A stretch of 60,084 nt of DNA, counting the filler, from Asterionella formosa (Eukaryota), in the NCBI GenBank assembly GCA_002256025.1. It is 14 parts of 14 records of this genome, joined end to end, with 100 filler letters (N's around TTAATTAATTAA, not from the genome) between each part and the next. Parts side by side here need not be neighbours in the genome. Positions count along the whole stretch, not along the records: positions 38,731 to 42,924 come from NKIB01013657.1; positions 43,025 to 47,215 come from NKIB01013659.1; positions 47,316 to 51,505 come from NKIB01013660.1; positions 51,606 to 55,799 come from NKIB01013661.1; 10 more parts are not named here. One strand, given 5' to 3'. Positions 38,731 to 52,368 of the stretch are shown here, one piece after another; positions within the stretch are counted from its first letter, which is position 1, and the number at the start of each line of letters is the position of its first letter. Under the pieces are notes generated by a model. The model made no database searches, was not told the origin of the DNA, and saw only the letters and a program-made list of their open reading frames with translations. The position numbers and the translations under genes were made by a program.

Positions 38731-39166
38731 ATATTTTTATATTACTGATCTTATTGAAAGAAAGGAAGTACAAATCAAGTACTGTCCATCGGATGCAATG
38801 TTAGCAGACTACATGACAAAACCACTGGTTGGAACGAAATTTATTCATTTTCGTCAGGAAATTATGAATTCAAAGTGAGCATCCGTGTCCAGCAGGAGTG
38901 TGTTGGAGAAAATATTTTAGGAAAGAAAATCCCGGTATAAATTACCTACTACATATTGAATCGAATGAATCAAGAAAGAATATGGTACCAGAGAATTCGA
39001 AAACAATCTACGCCAACAGTAAAAACCCATAATTCTATTAAAACTCTTAGGAACGATTACAATCGATCACGGAGACATCGTTGTTATATCTACAGCCTAT
39101 TTGGTCCCTGACGTGTCCTTACAGGATACAAGAAAGCGTAGAGTGCTTCGGGACGCAATTTCAACA
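38731..39166 (+). mobile_element. Ty1/Copia 3' end: RNase H C-terminus, PPT and 266-bp LTR (38901-39166)
   Basis: Reverse complement of 25311-25746 with two LTR differences seen; different outer flank. Confidence 0.92.
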
Positions 39167-39666
39167 AAAGACGTAATTACAGTAGAATTTTCGTCCTTGC
39201 ACCGCTGTACGGCAGAATTCACAAGGTTCTGAACGGCAGGTTTACCATGTTCGTTGTCTGGGTGAAACAAGCGGTAGTATACTGTGCGTCCCATCTGAGC
39301 GTTTTCGTTGTGTACACAGTTGTTTAATACCGCCGGAAATGTACCAAATTCCACATTGGTCTTTCTCTGCTGAGAAAGATAATTGTTTGGGTTTCACAAC
39401 AATGGATGCCTCTGCCTCCTTTCTAGTATTTATCGAATTTGTATCCTCTTCAAATTCAGATTCATCTGATTGAACTGTATCAGTACCTCCGTCGCTCACC
39501 AACAGTGACATGGTGTAAATACAGGGGAAGAGAACTTTCCTGGAAAGTGAAAATTGTCTTCCTTCATAACTCCTTAATAACGTCTGTAAATAAAAAACCG
39601 TTCGGCCTAACAGTTTTGCTGTAAGACCCACTGCCCCAAAAATTCTCAGAATGACGTATTATTTTT

Positions 39667-39760
39667 TGATTGATCATACCAAAAAACTGATTGATCATAC
39701 AGAAATATCGATTGATCATACAGAAATATTGATTGATCATACAAAAAAACTGATTGATAT
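39667..39760. repeat. 21-bp tandem repeat, ~4.5 units
   Basis: gattgatcatac(a/c)(g/a)aaa(tat/aac)(t/c) repeated head to tail. Confidence 0.85.
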
Positions 39761-42700
39761 CAACTAACGTTTTGGTGTTTGATCTAAAGATAGTTATCAT
39801 GAGATCAAATCAGTTATTCATTCGGTCTAGCCCTTGGAATGCTAATATCAAATAGAATTTTTAGCTTTCGATCTAACGTTCATTACTACTGATCTAACTA
39901 ATTTCTCTCATTGATCAAACCTGTTATCATGTTCGATCAATGATGAACACAAATTGAATTAAATGGATTGCTATTTAATACTCAAATATTCTACTTCTGG
40001 TCACCCATACTTTCCACTGTGCATCCTCTATGAGAATGAGCACACAGTGGTCTTTAATACCTCAATTTTCACTTCCGGTATGTTAGCTATGTTTAGATCA
40101 TTGCCATTTCAAAATGAAATGAGAGAGTAAACGAAATTGATGATGTTTGCTTTATTCAAACCTCTATCATTGCGAATGGCAGCAAGGCACATTCTCCAAT
40201 GTTCTTGTACGGCTTTCCTGTAAGAGATAATAACAACCATGTTAACGAAACTGTTGCATCAAGTAAGCAAGGCAGATATGTGCAACGAAACAATCACATG
40301 AACAATCCAACACTCCAATTTCCATATGAGCAGGCAATGTGCACATTAACTACCTGTTCTCTCATCGTTGATTGTTTCTTCCATTTAGAATGGTAGCAAG
40401 CCACATTCTCCAAGGTTCCTGTATGATTTTGAGGAGATGAATATATCAATGTTAGCAAAAGTGTTGCAACAATTAAAGCATCTCCATAACGAGTATCAAA
40501 TGAGAGTATAGTAACAACTTACCTATGCTCTCACTGTTGATTGATGGGTGACAAGTAGCGTTGTTGACCCTCACATCTGCATATATGGAAGGGAACAATG
40601 CTATTAATGTCGAAATCCTAATTAATGGACACAGACATTACAAACCCTCTGCAGCATTGTGCACAAACAAATTAAGTGCGGTTTCTTACCTCGTTGCTAA
40701 TTAGGTTGATTTTTATCGTTTGTCCTGAGGAATTGTAGAAACTTTGAGTGGTAGAAGCGCCCACGAACAGCGATACATTTTTATAGTTTGCTTCCGGTCT
40801 CACACAGTACCAATCATAAACCCCTTGGTAGCCACAGTTGAGAAGCAAAACAATCATATAACTTACCTCTTCTCACTGGTTGGTTTGATACCGGTAGAAG
40901 GCTCCTCTCCATCACCATTCCCTCATCAGTTTGTTCTGTGGAATAAAAAGCATTATCGGTATGATTTTTTTAACAATATCTCAACATTTCCTCTTCTCCA
41001 AAAAGTGTGTATAACATATATCTCTGTATGTCTATTAACCTTTTTTGAAGGAACATTTAATACCCTACCAGTATGTATAATTAGATAAAATATACAAGAC
41101 TTAACAGGAATTCGAATACCCGGTACTTTGAAACTGTAGTTTTGCCCTACCAGCATTCCCTTCTTCCCCTTGTCTCAATACCCGGTCGGAACATGACGTG
41201 TGTGGCTACAGTGAAACTGTACCTATTACTGAGCTGGTGCTATGAAACTGTAGCTTTGCGCTACCAATCTAATGTTTATTACTGAGCATGTCAGTGCTGC
41301 ATCGCTTCCGATCCAGGACTCACCCACAGTCTAATCCTATAGTTGACAGACCATTATCACTTTCTGCTTCCTTGTTCTGTTACAGTCACGTGTCTCTTGA
41401 CAACTTGACAGTGCAATATATCACTTCTCATCTGAAATGGCAAATGTTCCGAGTGCTAAAAGAAATGGAACGATCTTGGTTGTGAAGGGAATACCAATCG
41501 CAGATTTTTCAATCAGGAAGGCGTATTTCATGTCTGTTCAAGGGACAACGGAAGAGTAAGGAATGACTCTTACTGGTTAGATACTTTGATCATGATGAGA
41601 AAGGCAAGGAGAAGAGACTAGACAACAGGAGTGTCCTGGATTTTGTTCTCATCAAATTCTATGTGGTCCTAGGGTCTGGCTTGTTTAACAAAACATCATT
41701 TGAAACTTCAAGGAAATTTCGGAATCATATAGGACCAGCGATGATTTTATGGAATACTCACTTTCCTCGAGATTTTAGACTACATCAGAAAGACGACAAT
41801 ATGCCACCAAATGCACCCATGAACTACATTCAGACTGGCGACCATGTCCTGTTTCAAGCTTTCCAACTCCTTACTGGATAAATGGGACAAATCACTTTCC
41901 TCCTCGACCTGTTGCTTCTTTATTTACTTTCCCAATCACTCCTACAGTTTTGGAACTCTTTGGTGACAAGTCATGGACAGCTTCTTCCGGATTGGCAACC
42001 ATGTCTAGAGTTTCCTTTAAGTTACATTGTGCTTTTGCTTTGGAAGGGGGAGATTTTATATCAAGTCTATCAGATTCGATAGACTCAATTAGACGCTCTG
42101 AGGAAGTAGAAACAAGATCTACCACGGGCAGACAAGCAACACGATCTTTACTTCTTGGAATGGTATTGGGAGAAGATGAACTGGCATCAACTATTTCGTT
42201 TTCACTCGCCTGTGTCAATGCACAAACGGAGAATACACGACGTCGGTGATCTTTATTTGGAATGACAGGTGGACCGTAATGGTGCACAGAAGCTTGTTCC
42301 TCTTTTCTTCTGTATCAATACCAGCATCAACAATATTAGTAAAAATACAGGGATCATTTGAAACGCCCCAATAACAGATAAGTTTATCAACATCATTGGT
42401 TTCATTTCGACAACCATTGTTACTGTACAACATTGGAATCAGCTATTGATTGAATAATGGTTCTAGTACCATCATAAATATTTTACACTTCTTCGGAGTG
42501 GCAAGAACATATGTGTGGGACAAGCTACACTATGTATATATAAGCTATATATATAAAGCGGTCACTTTGTGGCAATTGTGTTAGGCTGTCCTATATATTG
42601 CCTCTGATGTTGCCGATAAAAAGATTTCTTAAAACAAATGGATAGTTCAATGTTATTAAGCAAAGTTACGATTGTTATTTCGAACCCCCTGCTATTCAAG

Positions 42701-43145
42701 GTTCATATGATGCTACTATTTCCTGAATGAAATGAAGCTACTTCCTGATTAGTGATGTTGCAGCTCTAATTCTGCAGCAAAAAACGTTCTCGCCAATAGC
42801 TAGTCAATGAGAATTGAAGACCCATGATTAAGGCCATGAGCAACAAAATACGCCGCCATCTGGTCCATCTTCACTTTGATCCACATCTCATCTTGAAGAA
42901 CAGATTCGAAATACGGATCGATGTNNNNNNNNNNNNNNNNNNNNNNNNNNNNNNNNNNNNNNNNNNNNTTAATTAATTAANNNNNNNNNNNNNNNNNNNN
43001 NNNNNNNNNNNNNNNNNNNNNNNNACCAAATTCTTTTTACTACATTACTGGGGGTCATTGTCAACCTAATAATGCCGGTAGTCTACTTGTGGTCAATCAA
43101 AGGAACCAGCTACACACGAGTCGAGTACGGTACCTGGTAATAGAC

Positions 43146-43566
43146 TACCGGGACTTTTCCCAAACAGGGTTGAAAAAGAGAAAACTATTCGTAAATTCAA
43201 CTGCCCATAGGCATTTGCACCACAATTGCACCACCGATTGCACCACTATTACTTAGAGAAACCAAAATTGCACCATCAGACTATCCATATATAAAATCCG
43301 TGCTACGGCCTGCACTACCGTAGTGATATTTTCTACATAGGATCACGATCAGATTCATATAAGATATGAATTTTGTAGTAGCTAACGGCCGAAGACTACC
43401 CGGTACATACATGTAATAGGACATACCGGTACTAATAAAGTATTGCTAGCATTTTGTATCATATATATAGGTTACTACCGGTAATGAATTTTTAACTAAG
43501 GCACTCCTTGCTGACGTCATCTTGTCGCTGCACCACATTGCACCACAATAGACCTACTGGTACCTG
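43146..43566. repeat. Dispersed ~420-bp repeat, copy 2 (inverted relative to 7750-8181)
   Basis: Direct sequence match. Confidence 0.9.
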
Positions 43567-44466
43567 GTGAACGATCCCGCGCACCATGACAGCGGTATAT
43601 AGGGTTAGAGTTATATCAAATATATCAGAACTAAATAATGAGAGAACTCGACTTACACCTATTGTATACTTTGGTGTCAACTCAGGAAACGGGATGTACA
43701 CAAGGCCCCTAACCCTAACAGGTCAGCGGAAAAATGGTGTGAAAAATTATCAACATATTTTCATCAACAAATGTCAACTCACACTTTTTTGTAATCACAA
43801 CGAAATTTCAGAAATGTTCAGATCGGGCCTGGAGCAGCAGAAACCGATGCATGAATAGATTTGGGGGGAGTGATTTCTGGATTGATTTCAAGTTGTGGTG
43901 GTGGAGGTGGTTGAGGAGCTATAACTTGTTGATAGTGGAGGTTTGGTGCTGGGGGTGTAGGCTGCTGGTAGTATGTGGCAGGAGAAGGAGCAGGATGCAT
44001 CGAAAAATTTACTGGCTGATGTGGGCGTTTGTGGCTTTATAACTTTAGGCGTACAAGTTTGAGTAGGATGAAAGGGAGCAATGGAGTGATATATTGTTGG
44101 TGCTGGCAAGATATGTTGCCCACATTGTTGGCATCCTGAAGACTTTACAGTCTTCATGCGAGTTTCGAATTAAGTGGCTTTGCTAGCATTGGGAAACAAG
44201 AAAAAGAAACAAATAATGTCAGTGCATGTATATTATACCTTGTGAAAAACAATAACAATCAACTGGCATTTTACTTCACCTAATTGGACAAGGGTTCGAC
44301 TAGTGGATGGTAATTTGTCGGCATTGTCAGGAAGTGGAGGAGTAGCATGACAAGTGCCTTCGCAACGTTCTGAAGAGAAAGAAATATGTATTATAATTAG
44401 TATACTTGACCATGGCGGGAACTCAAACAAGACAACAGTAATCAACAAACACAAACCTGTCCTCTC

Positions 44467-45989
44467 TTCCTGAAGGCAATACACGCCCGAGGTGGTCTCT
44501 TGCCTTCTCGTATACATGAGTTCAAGACTGGGTGGCGCGAGTAGGGTGACCTTCTGCCAGTAGCGATTCTTTGCCTAACGGATGCGGTTGGTTGTTGGAT
44601 TGCTTGTCTTCTCGAGGCATTCATGTAGTCGCATCGTCCATATTTCGTCGGACGAAAGATGATATCGATACATCTGATGTTGGTGGCAAGTTTTTGCTCC
44701 GGTCATGCATCTGATGATGCTGCCTGAACGGATACTCTACCGGTAATCATCTTTTTCTACATACGTATATGGTACTAAAAACAACCATGCATGGTTTAAG
44801 CTATACTTTAACGCTTACTTTGAACACGTTATAATATTATCTCTGTAGACTCGGTGTTATTTTTACGAGACCTGAAATGTTGAATTATATCGTTCACATA
44901 TTCATTGATTTTACGTACCGTATGCCCGATTTCGTCCTCACAAATATAGTTCTCACTCTATCTTGCCTGCCTTTGCTCTATTCGGGCTTGCAATAGGCAA
45001 CGTTCGTCTTTCATTTATCCCATAGTCTGCTGCTTGTTATGCTAGTTGAAGCGGATCGGTGAGTACAACAGTGAAACACTGAATGTGGATTGTAGATCGT
45101 ATTTATCGACTTTCCGATTTGATTGCTTCTGTGGTTTGTTTTGATTGCTTCCATCGTTGTTTGTCGTTACGCACTGTCGTTTTGTTTCGATTGTACATAT
45201 CTACATAAGAACCAATGCATTTATCAATGACTACTCATTGAAGATGTGGTATTGTGCCGTTGTTGATTGTATTTGTTGATTTGTATAGTCATTGACAATG
45301 ATGTCAATATTGCCGCCAAGCAATACTTTTCTTGTACTAACGCGCTTTGCTACATTTCTACTACGAGTTCGTATCAGAAGCTACATGACGAATACTCAGC
45401 TAGAGAGATTCAATAGTGCTGGAGCAGCGTGGCGATCACGCTTGCTCAGAATGGAATGATCAGGGTTGCTTGTTTAGTGGGCAGCGGAGAGGAATGACTG
45501 TGGAAGAAATACTGCTACTGGTGTCAGGCTACTACAGCGATGCGCATGGTTGCAGCAACTAAAGCATTTACGCTACATAACGATGCAGGTCTACATGATG
45601 GAAAGTCAATGTTGCCTGGTGTGTAAGTACTACAATGATTCACAATGCATACATCTCCATTGGAACTCTTATTTTTTATTTCATTTCTAACCCTAAACAA
45701 TTTTTTCTATTTCTCATTTGATGTTACTTATTACATCGCATTTCATACTTTGGTTGCTCAAAACATCATGTTCAATTTTCATTGACGTTGCATGTTACAA
45801 TCATTCTCATGTGTTTTAAGCTTGTTGTACCATCTCTATGCATATTACCGTTTTTGGTTGTCATGCTAAAATCGGCAATTCTATGCCGAAAAATTCGATG
45901 TGCCCCATATTGCTTAAGAAATTACTTAGAGCCTAAGAATTACTTAGAAGTACCCGAATGGCAAGATGATAGCTAGAGCGGGAATTGCT
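44467..45989 (-). repeat. Long non-coding dispersed element, apparently complete short form
   Basis: Minus strand AGCAA-TTCCCGCT ... TATTGCCTTC-AGGAA; no ORF and no obvious TSD. Confidence 0.85.
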
Positions 45990-46734
45990 TGTTGAAAACT
46001 ACAAGTTAATGCAGAACAACAGTTACATCATGTTCCGGCTGCTTTGCGGAGTTTGCGATAGCTCATTGAGATTGACGACTTCTCGTTGTCATTGTAGATG
46101 ATTATATAGAAGTAACAAAAGTAATATTGTGATTAGAAAGCAATGAAACAATACTATTGTAGGGCAGCGGAAAAAAGCCAACACATGAGCGCTAAAACTT
46201 GCTGCCGAGATCTGATTTGAGATAGTGTAGGACACATAGAAAAAATACGACAAAATTTTAGTTAAAATTTAATGGCTGATCATATCTGACGAAAATACCC
46301 GTTCAATGACGAGACGGAAGCCTAACTTTGACCTACCATAACGTTTTGAGTTTTGATACTCAACGACTGATTGAGTTCGCTTTTGAACAATCCTTAATTT
46401 ATTTATCACTACATATAAAATCTAGCGAAGGAGTTGACCGGAAAGACTATCGGAAATCAACAGAAAGGGGAACCGAAATTTTGGCGCCACTGTGACGAAG
46501 CAAGCATGATGCGATGATATGAATTCGGAATTGCCATCAACACTTTACAGAAAACCATTACGTGCCTTCACGTAGCTCATCCTACTCCCTTCCAATTTCG
46601 GCAGTCCATTTGCTTTCCTTAAGTAAATGGCAGTCCATAGGGGGGCAATAGATGTCAGTAATCCATTTCTCTTAAATAAATGGCAGTCCATTTCTGCATG
46701 CAAATCTAGGGGCTATTGAAAATATTGAAGGTAG

Positions 46735-47040
46735 TTTGGCAGTCTAAAAACGGAGCATATGAAATACACAAAATATGTTTTATATGAAGGGCAAATGCAG
46801 GATTGAGTACCCGGTAATCCAAAAACTGTACATATGAAATATACCATATATGTTTTATATGAAGGGCAGTTGGCTAGTTCGTATCCGACATACATAAAGT
46901 AGGTTTTAAATTTTTAAATGTTGGGCGCCACTCGTTCGGTCAACATCCGGTACCAGGTACCAGTACTCGCGCCTTCCAAGCCTCGAACACAAGAATACTC
47001 GCAGGCAGTCTCCACCCTCGGTGGTGTCTTACCTTCAGTA
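46735..47040 (+). repeat. Diverged right-end segment of the same element family
   Basis: catatgaaata.ac.a.atat.ttttatatga.gggca repeats as at 54105-54215, then gggcgccactc...ggtcaac...gcaggca...ccttcag as at 54392-54488. Confidence 0.7.
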
Positions 47041-47315
47041 GTGTACCTGGCACGCAGACTGTATGATAAAGACAAGAAAACAATGAAATGCATGAGCGAT
47101 GCATTTCATTTCTCAAAGTAGGAGATTGCTGACCATTGCCCATCACTGCCAACATCTTGCTTCATTGGACTCGTCTTCCTACGTTCTGCTCGTCCCTGCC
47201 GTCCATCAAGTCAGTNNNNNNNNNNNNNNNNNNNNNNNNNNNNNNNNNNNNNNNNNNNNTTAATTAATTAANNNNNNNNNNNNNNNNNNNNNNNNNNNNN
47301 NNNNNNNNNNNNNNN

Positions 47316-49701
47316 TATCTTTGACTCTGCTCCATGCAATATAGAGACTCACACAAGAAACAACAACAACAAAGGCACAGCAAATCAGCCAAAGAAATGG
47401 CTCACTTGGTGGTATTCGGTTCAGCTCAAAAATTAAAAGAAGGCTGGTGGCTGTGACGATCGTAGCGTGGCCCGAAGGATGAGACATTTGTGCATCCTGT
47501 AATTCTCGAGGATCAGTTTCTTCACATTTCTTGGTATCTAAATTATAACGCGACCTGTCATATGCGTGAGGCCTGGGTCGACCAAAGTATAACTTGAGTA
47601 CATTTATGACAATCACAATCACACCCAGTACATGAAAATAAATACGAATGCCCACATGCTCATCGCCATTTGGTCCGTAGTTTGTTCCATGCCAGAGTAA
47701 GAATGCTGCAACAATCAAGACAAAAATAAGCAACTTCCAGTTTGGAACTCTCTCTTTTTTGATGTGTTTGTGGTCAAAACTCTCGATTTTTTTCTCCTCT
47801 CCCTCTGATATATCAATTGGAATTTCCTTGCATCCGATGCATAGTCGACAAAGCAAATTCATCATCTCTGAAAAAACCAACATCAAAACAAAGAATAAAA
47901 AGCTTGCAACAGCATCAATGGCAGAATCCGAGCACAACCAAAAAGGGATGAAAGGCTTGTTGACGATAGTCTGTAATATATATTCTGAAGAGAAAAAACG
48001 ACAACAACATTCGGCTGTTACCGTGGTTGCCGCAAAGGCACAAATGGCACAAACTGTCCCTATCAATCCAATGATTTTTGCATTTGTATCCATCTTGACA
48101 AAAGGGGGACTAGTGACATAATCTCCTTCCAGATCATCGTCCTCGGATTCTTTGCTTTTATTAACGCGGGCCCGAATTTTGCAACTGACTGAGTTTGACC
48201 CAACTACAATGACAATCATTTTGCCACTTCCTTGAATTGTCGATTTTCCACTCAAAACTACATCTCCAGGATGTTTAGCAATGAACTTACTCTCCCCCGT
48301 CAAGGTACTTTCATCCACTTTCAAACCTGCCATGAACAAAAAGCTTGCAACAGCATCAATGGCAGAATCCGAGCACAACCAAAAAGGGATGAAAGGCTTG
48401 TTGACTTTTGTCTGTACTATATATACCGAGATGACGAAGCGACGACAACATTCAGCTGTTACCGTGGTTGCCGCAAAGGCACAAATGGCACAAACCGTCC
48501 CGATCAATCTAATGATTTTTGCATTTGTATCCATCTTGACAAAAGGGGGACTATTGACATCATCTCCTTCCAGATTATCGTCCTCGGATTCTTTGCTTTT
48601 ATTAACGTGGGCCCGAATTTTGCAACTGTGTTGGCAATAGGACACTTCGGAAGTTTGAATGCCCGTCTCGGGTGATGACTTGAGAACAAGAGAGGCCAAG
48701 GCCTTAGCCGGAAGTTCCGCCGTCTTGTCGTTGGATTCGTCCTCCCGCAGCTGGACGCATACCTGCAAGACATTCTGAATCCTGGTTTGTTCTTTGGTGG
48801 GCGCTTCTTCGTCGACTGCAAGAGCGTGCGTCCCAGTCTGAGCTCCTTCCATCAGGTCACATAGGGCAGTGGGAGTCCGCTCATTGGCCCAGACGGACAG
48901 GGGCTGGGGACCTTTCAGAGAAAAGGCTAGCTTCCCCGTGCAAGTCCCCCAGTCGCCCAGACTGCTGCTGATACTGGCATCGACTTGCGCGGCCAAGCAC
49001 CCTTGGCGGGGAGTCACATGCGAGTTGTTCCGATCGAATGCAAAGTCCACGGGAGGTTGTTCGAAGGTTGGGTCGGTTTTAGAGGCGATGGTCATTGTGT
49101 AAGAGCGCTCGACGTGTTGGCGATAGGACACTTCGGAGGTTTGAATGCCCGTCTCGGGTGATGACTTGAGAACAAGAGAGGCCAAGGCCTTAGCCGGAAC
49201 TTGCGCCGTCTTGTCGTTGGATTCGTCCTCCCGCAGCTGGACGCATACCTGCAAGACATTCTGAATCCTGGTTTGTTCTTTGGTGGGCGCTTCTTCGTCG
49301 ACTGCAACAGCGTGCGTCCCAGTCAGAACTTTTGTGTTTCCACGCGCTCCGCCCCTTTCTTTCTTGACTTGGTCGTACACCTGCACCTGGACAGTGACAA
49401 TCAAGGGTTTGCCAAGCTCAATATCGATGACGAATACAGACGCCCAATTGGTGCTGAGAGTACTTGCGATACTGAAACAAAGACGGCAAAGGCAGAGAGT
49501 GAACCGAGTTACACGGAGATGCAGAGGGTCAACGACAGGTTTCAATTCATATACTCACGTTTCAGTCGTTCCGATGACATCGGGCTTCGTTCCTGCCTGT
49601 GTAGTAGATACATCACGAGTCACTACAGCATAGGGATCTGAAGTGCCGAAACTGGTTGGATTCTTAAGATTGAAAGCGTGAACTGACAGCTCGATTTTCA
49701 T
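47316..49701 (-). CDS. Chimeric protein: copine-type C2 start, duplicated P-type Ca-ATPase fragments, PAP2 phosphatase (3' truncated)
   Basis: Exon 1 49701-49559 (MKIELSVHAFNLKN...TSDPYAVV), GTGAG...TTCAG intron 49558-49472, then open frame to the contig end. LKVDESTLTGES actuator motif; KLYFGRPRP, PSGH and SRV PAP2 motifs. Confidence 0.7.
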
Positions 49702-49804
49702 GTTTTTGATTCTTCCATGTTTCTCGTTCTGGACTTTTTATGCGTCTGCTTGGAAATCATGTGCGTAAAGTGATTGCATGATGTCGTTACCACACCCCTG
49801 ATCC

Positions 49805-49886
49805 CATAAGCAAAGTCGTCAAAACTGTAGTGGCCCTAACCATAAGCAAAGTCGTCAAAACTGTAGTGGCCCTAACCCTAACCCTA
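49805..49886. repeat. 36-bp tandem duplication ending in a short (CCCTAA)n run
   Basis: ccataagcaaagtcgtcaaaactgtagtggccctaa x2 then ccctaaccct. Confidence 0.75.
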
Positions 49887-52368
49887 TATATGGATGGTAA
49901 ACCACTTCAGTACCAAAAGGGCTACCGGTAGGTCAGAGGGCGGATGAGAACAGCACATATGGAACAGGCAATGAATGATCCATTGCAGCTACATACCGGT
50001 ACATACCTTGTTCCCTTAACCCTACGACATGAGTTTGACTGATGATTACCTGGTACCAGGTACCTCGTGCTGGTACCAGGTCCCGGTATTAGCATGGATG
50101 CATTATGCAGCCATGTCGTTCGTTTATTTTTACACGTCGACGCATCTGGATGCCTGGTCGCGCCGTACATTACAGAAGGCATTACTAGTGAGAGTGAGTA
50201 AACTCTACGTAACTGTATTTGCACTTGAGTCTGTAACACAAGCCGTGTCACATCCGAATCTTTCCTTCTTTGGTAAGTGTACTGGTACCGGTACGTGTTC
50301 TACCGGCAGCCGCTGTTTTCATATGCATGTGTAAAGCTTGCATATAGCTACTGGTCGCTGCAAGTTGCGGTAAATGAGTAACCCTAACTAGTACTCCTAC
50401 CTCCAAGTTGCAATCATTTTGCTGAAACTGAAATGCAGGAATGGCGGGAACTCAAAATAGACTCCTACAGTAAGACTACTTTGACATTTACAAATTCCTA
50501 ATGGTTTCGCTGGCCCATTAATTTCAATTTTATCAAAATCAAATTTCAAAGAATGATTTTGTGAAAAAACCAGTTTCCCAAACCTTTCTACCATTGGGGG
50601 AATGAGTTTCACCCTAAAATAGTTCCTGCCAAAGCGAATTCCAGCATAATAATATTCAAAGCAATCATACTACAAATAAAAGAAGGTAACCAATATCTAC
50701 AATGTCCAAATCGTCATTTCGGCAAATTCACTGCAACTTGCAGGTACCAGGTACACCATAACCCTGGTAGACTTTACATATGGTGCAAAGTACTGCAATG
50801 ATAGACGTCCTTACATTTATAGATATTGGATATTTACCTACTAGCTAGTACCTGAACATTTACTACTGATACACTACTACCATGGTAAATCCGAACAGAG
50901 GATCACACAATTGTGGATACAGACCATATTATAGTATAAAGTAGTAATAATATATAGTATGATATGATATTTATGAATGCCTGACCTGCCTGCTGATCCA
51001 ATACTTAAATAGATATGCTGGCCAGTTTGGGCATCATGGTTGCCGTCTTTCCCGCCCTCCTACTACTACCAGTAGATAAATTCATAGCAAATAAGCCGGC
51101 TGCTCATTCTCATTGCTCGGATTGATTGTCTTTTGTAGAAAGAGGGAAACATTTGCAGAGTGAGTTGATGAGAAAAACAAAAGTTGCGAAGCCATGATTT
51201 CGGTCTGCTGTGCTCCTTGCCATGTTCCCCAATGGCCAACCTAGCCCTCATCAAATTGATTGTTTGTGATCAGTGAATAACAACTGTAGAGAGAGTTCAT
51301 GAACAAACAATCATTACAAAGGCATCATTTTCGTAACAAGAGCCATGAGAAACATGTTGGCATACTCCTAATTTACAAATGTGTTTTGCCGTTGTTGAGC
51401 AAAATTATGTCTACAATCAGCAACATAGAAAAAGTATAAACATTTAAATATCATTTTTGTTCTTTTTAAATGGAACTCTATCAATCTGGCCCCGATTCCT
51501 ATTTANNNNNNNNNNNNNNNNNNNNNNNNNNNNNNNNNNNNNNNNNNNNTTAATTAATTAANNNNNNNNNNNNNNNNNNNNNNNNNNNNNNNNNNNNNNN
51601 NNNNNGACTGACGAACTATTGCACCAGCATACCACGTGGATCCAAATTGATGTTCCTAAATCTGAGCTTAGCGACGGCTCAAAATCTTTCTCACAATGCG
51701 GTAAATTCTGATTGCCGACTTGATCATTCTGGATATATGGTCAGCTGTGATGTTTGCTTGACAAACTGATCACACATTGCTGGAGAGTTGTTTTGTGTCT
51801 GTTAAGGTTAACAACACCATGATGCAATGAAGAGGTAGTGTTCCTCATCTTCCCTGTTTTCAGCACATAGCGAAGAGTATCTACTCCATTTACATAATTT
51901 TCTTAGTGTTGAACCTTATCAAGGGACAGCAAGAACTTAACTGATAAGTTGAACAATTTTCCTAATTCCAGTTACCATTGCAGCCATGTCGACCTTAACA
52001 AGATTCTCTGATGCCAGAAAAATTAGTGATTTAATGGCAGTTAGTCAACTCTAGATCCATCAAAGGCTGTTGTCAGGATCAGATTATGATGAAAAATCAA
52101 ATAGTTCTATCCCACCAAAGAGATTTGATAGATCATCCAATCTAGTAGTCCCCATGGTTTACCCAAATCATCATGATCATTGTAATATATTTTTTTCTTG
52201 TTTTACTTTCATTACTATTTTCTTGTTTCTTTTAATTCTTGGATCCTTTATTTTCATGGGTTTTTCTCTACTTTGATTCTTTCACCATCATCATCATCAT
52301 CATCATTTTCTCCTCCTTAATTTCTTGAGAAATGCCATCCATATTCAGATAAAGCATTCAGATAATCT

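Noticed and set aside
39667..39760. 21-bp repeats as CRISPR or iterons
   Set aside because: Tandem units without spacers in a eukaryotic context.
49870..49886. CCCTAA telomere-like runs (also ~24368 and ~43707)
   Set aside because: Only 2-3 units and internal; not a telomere.
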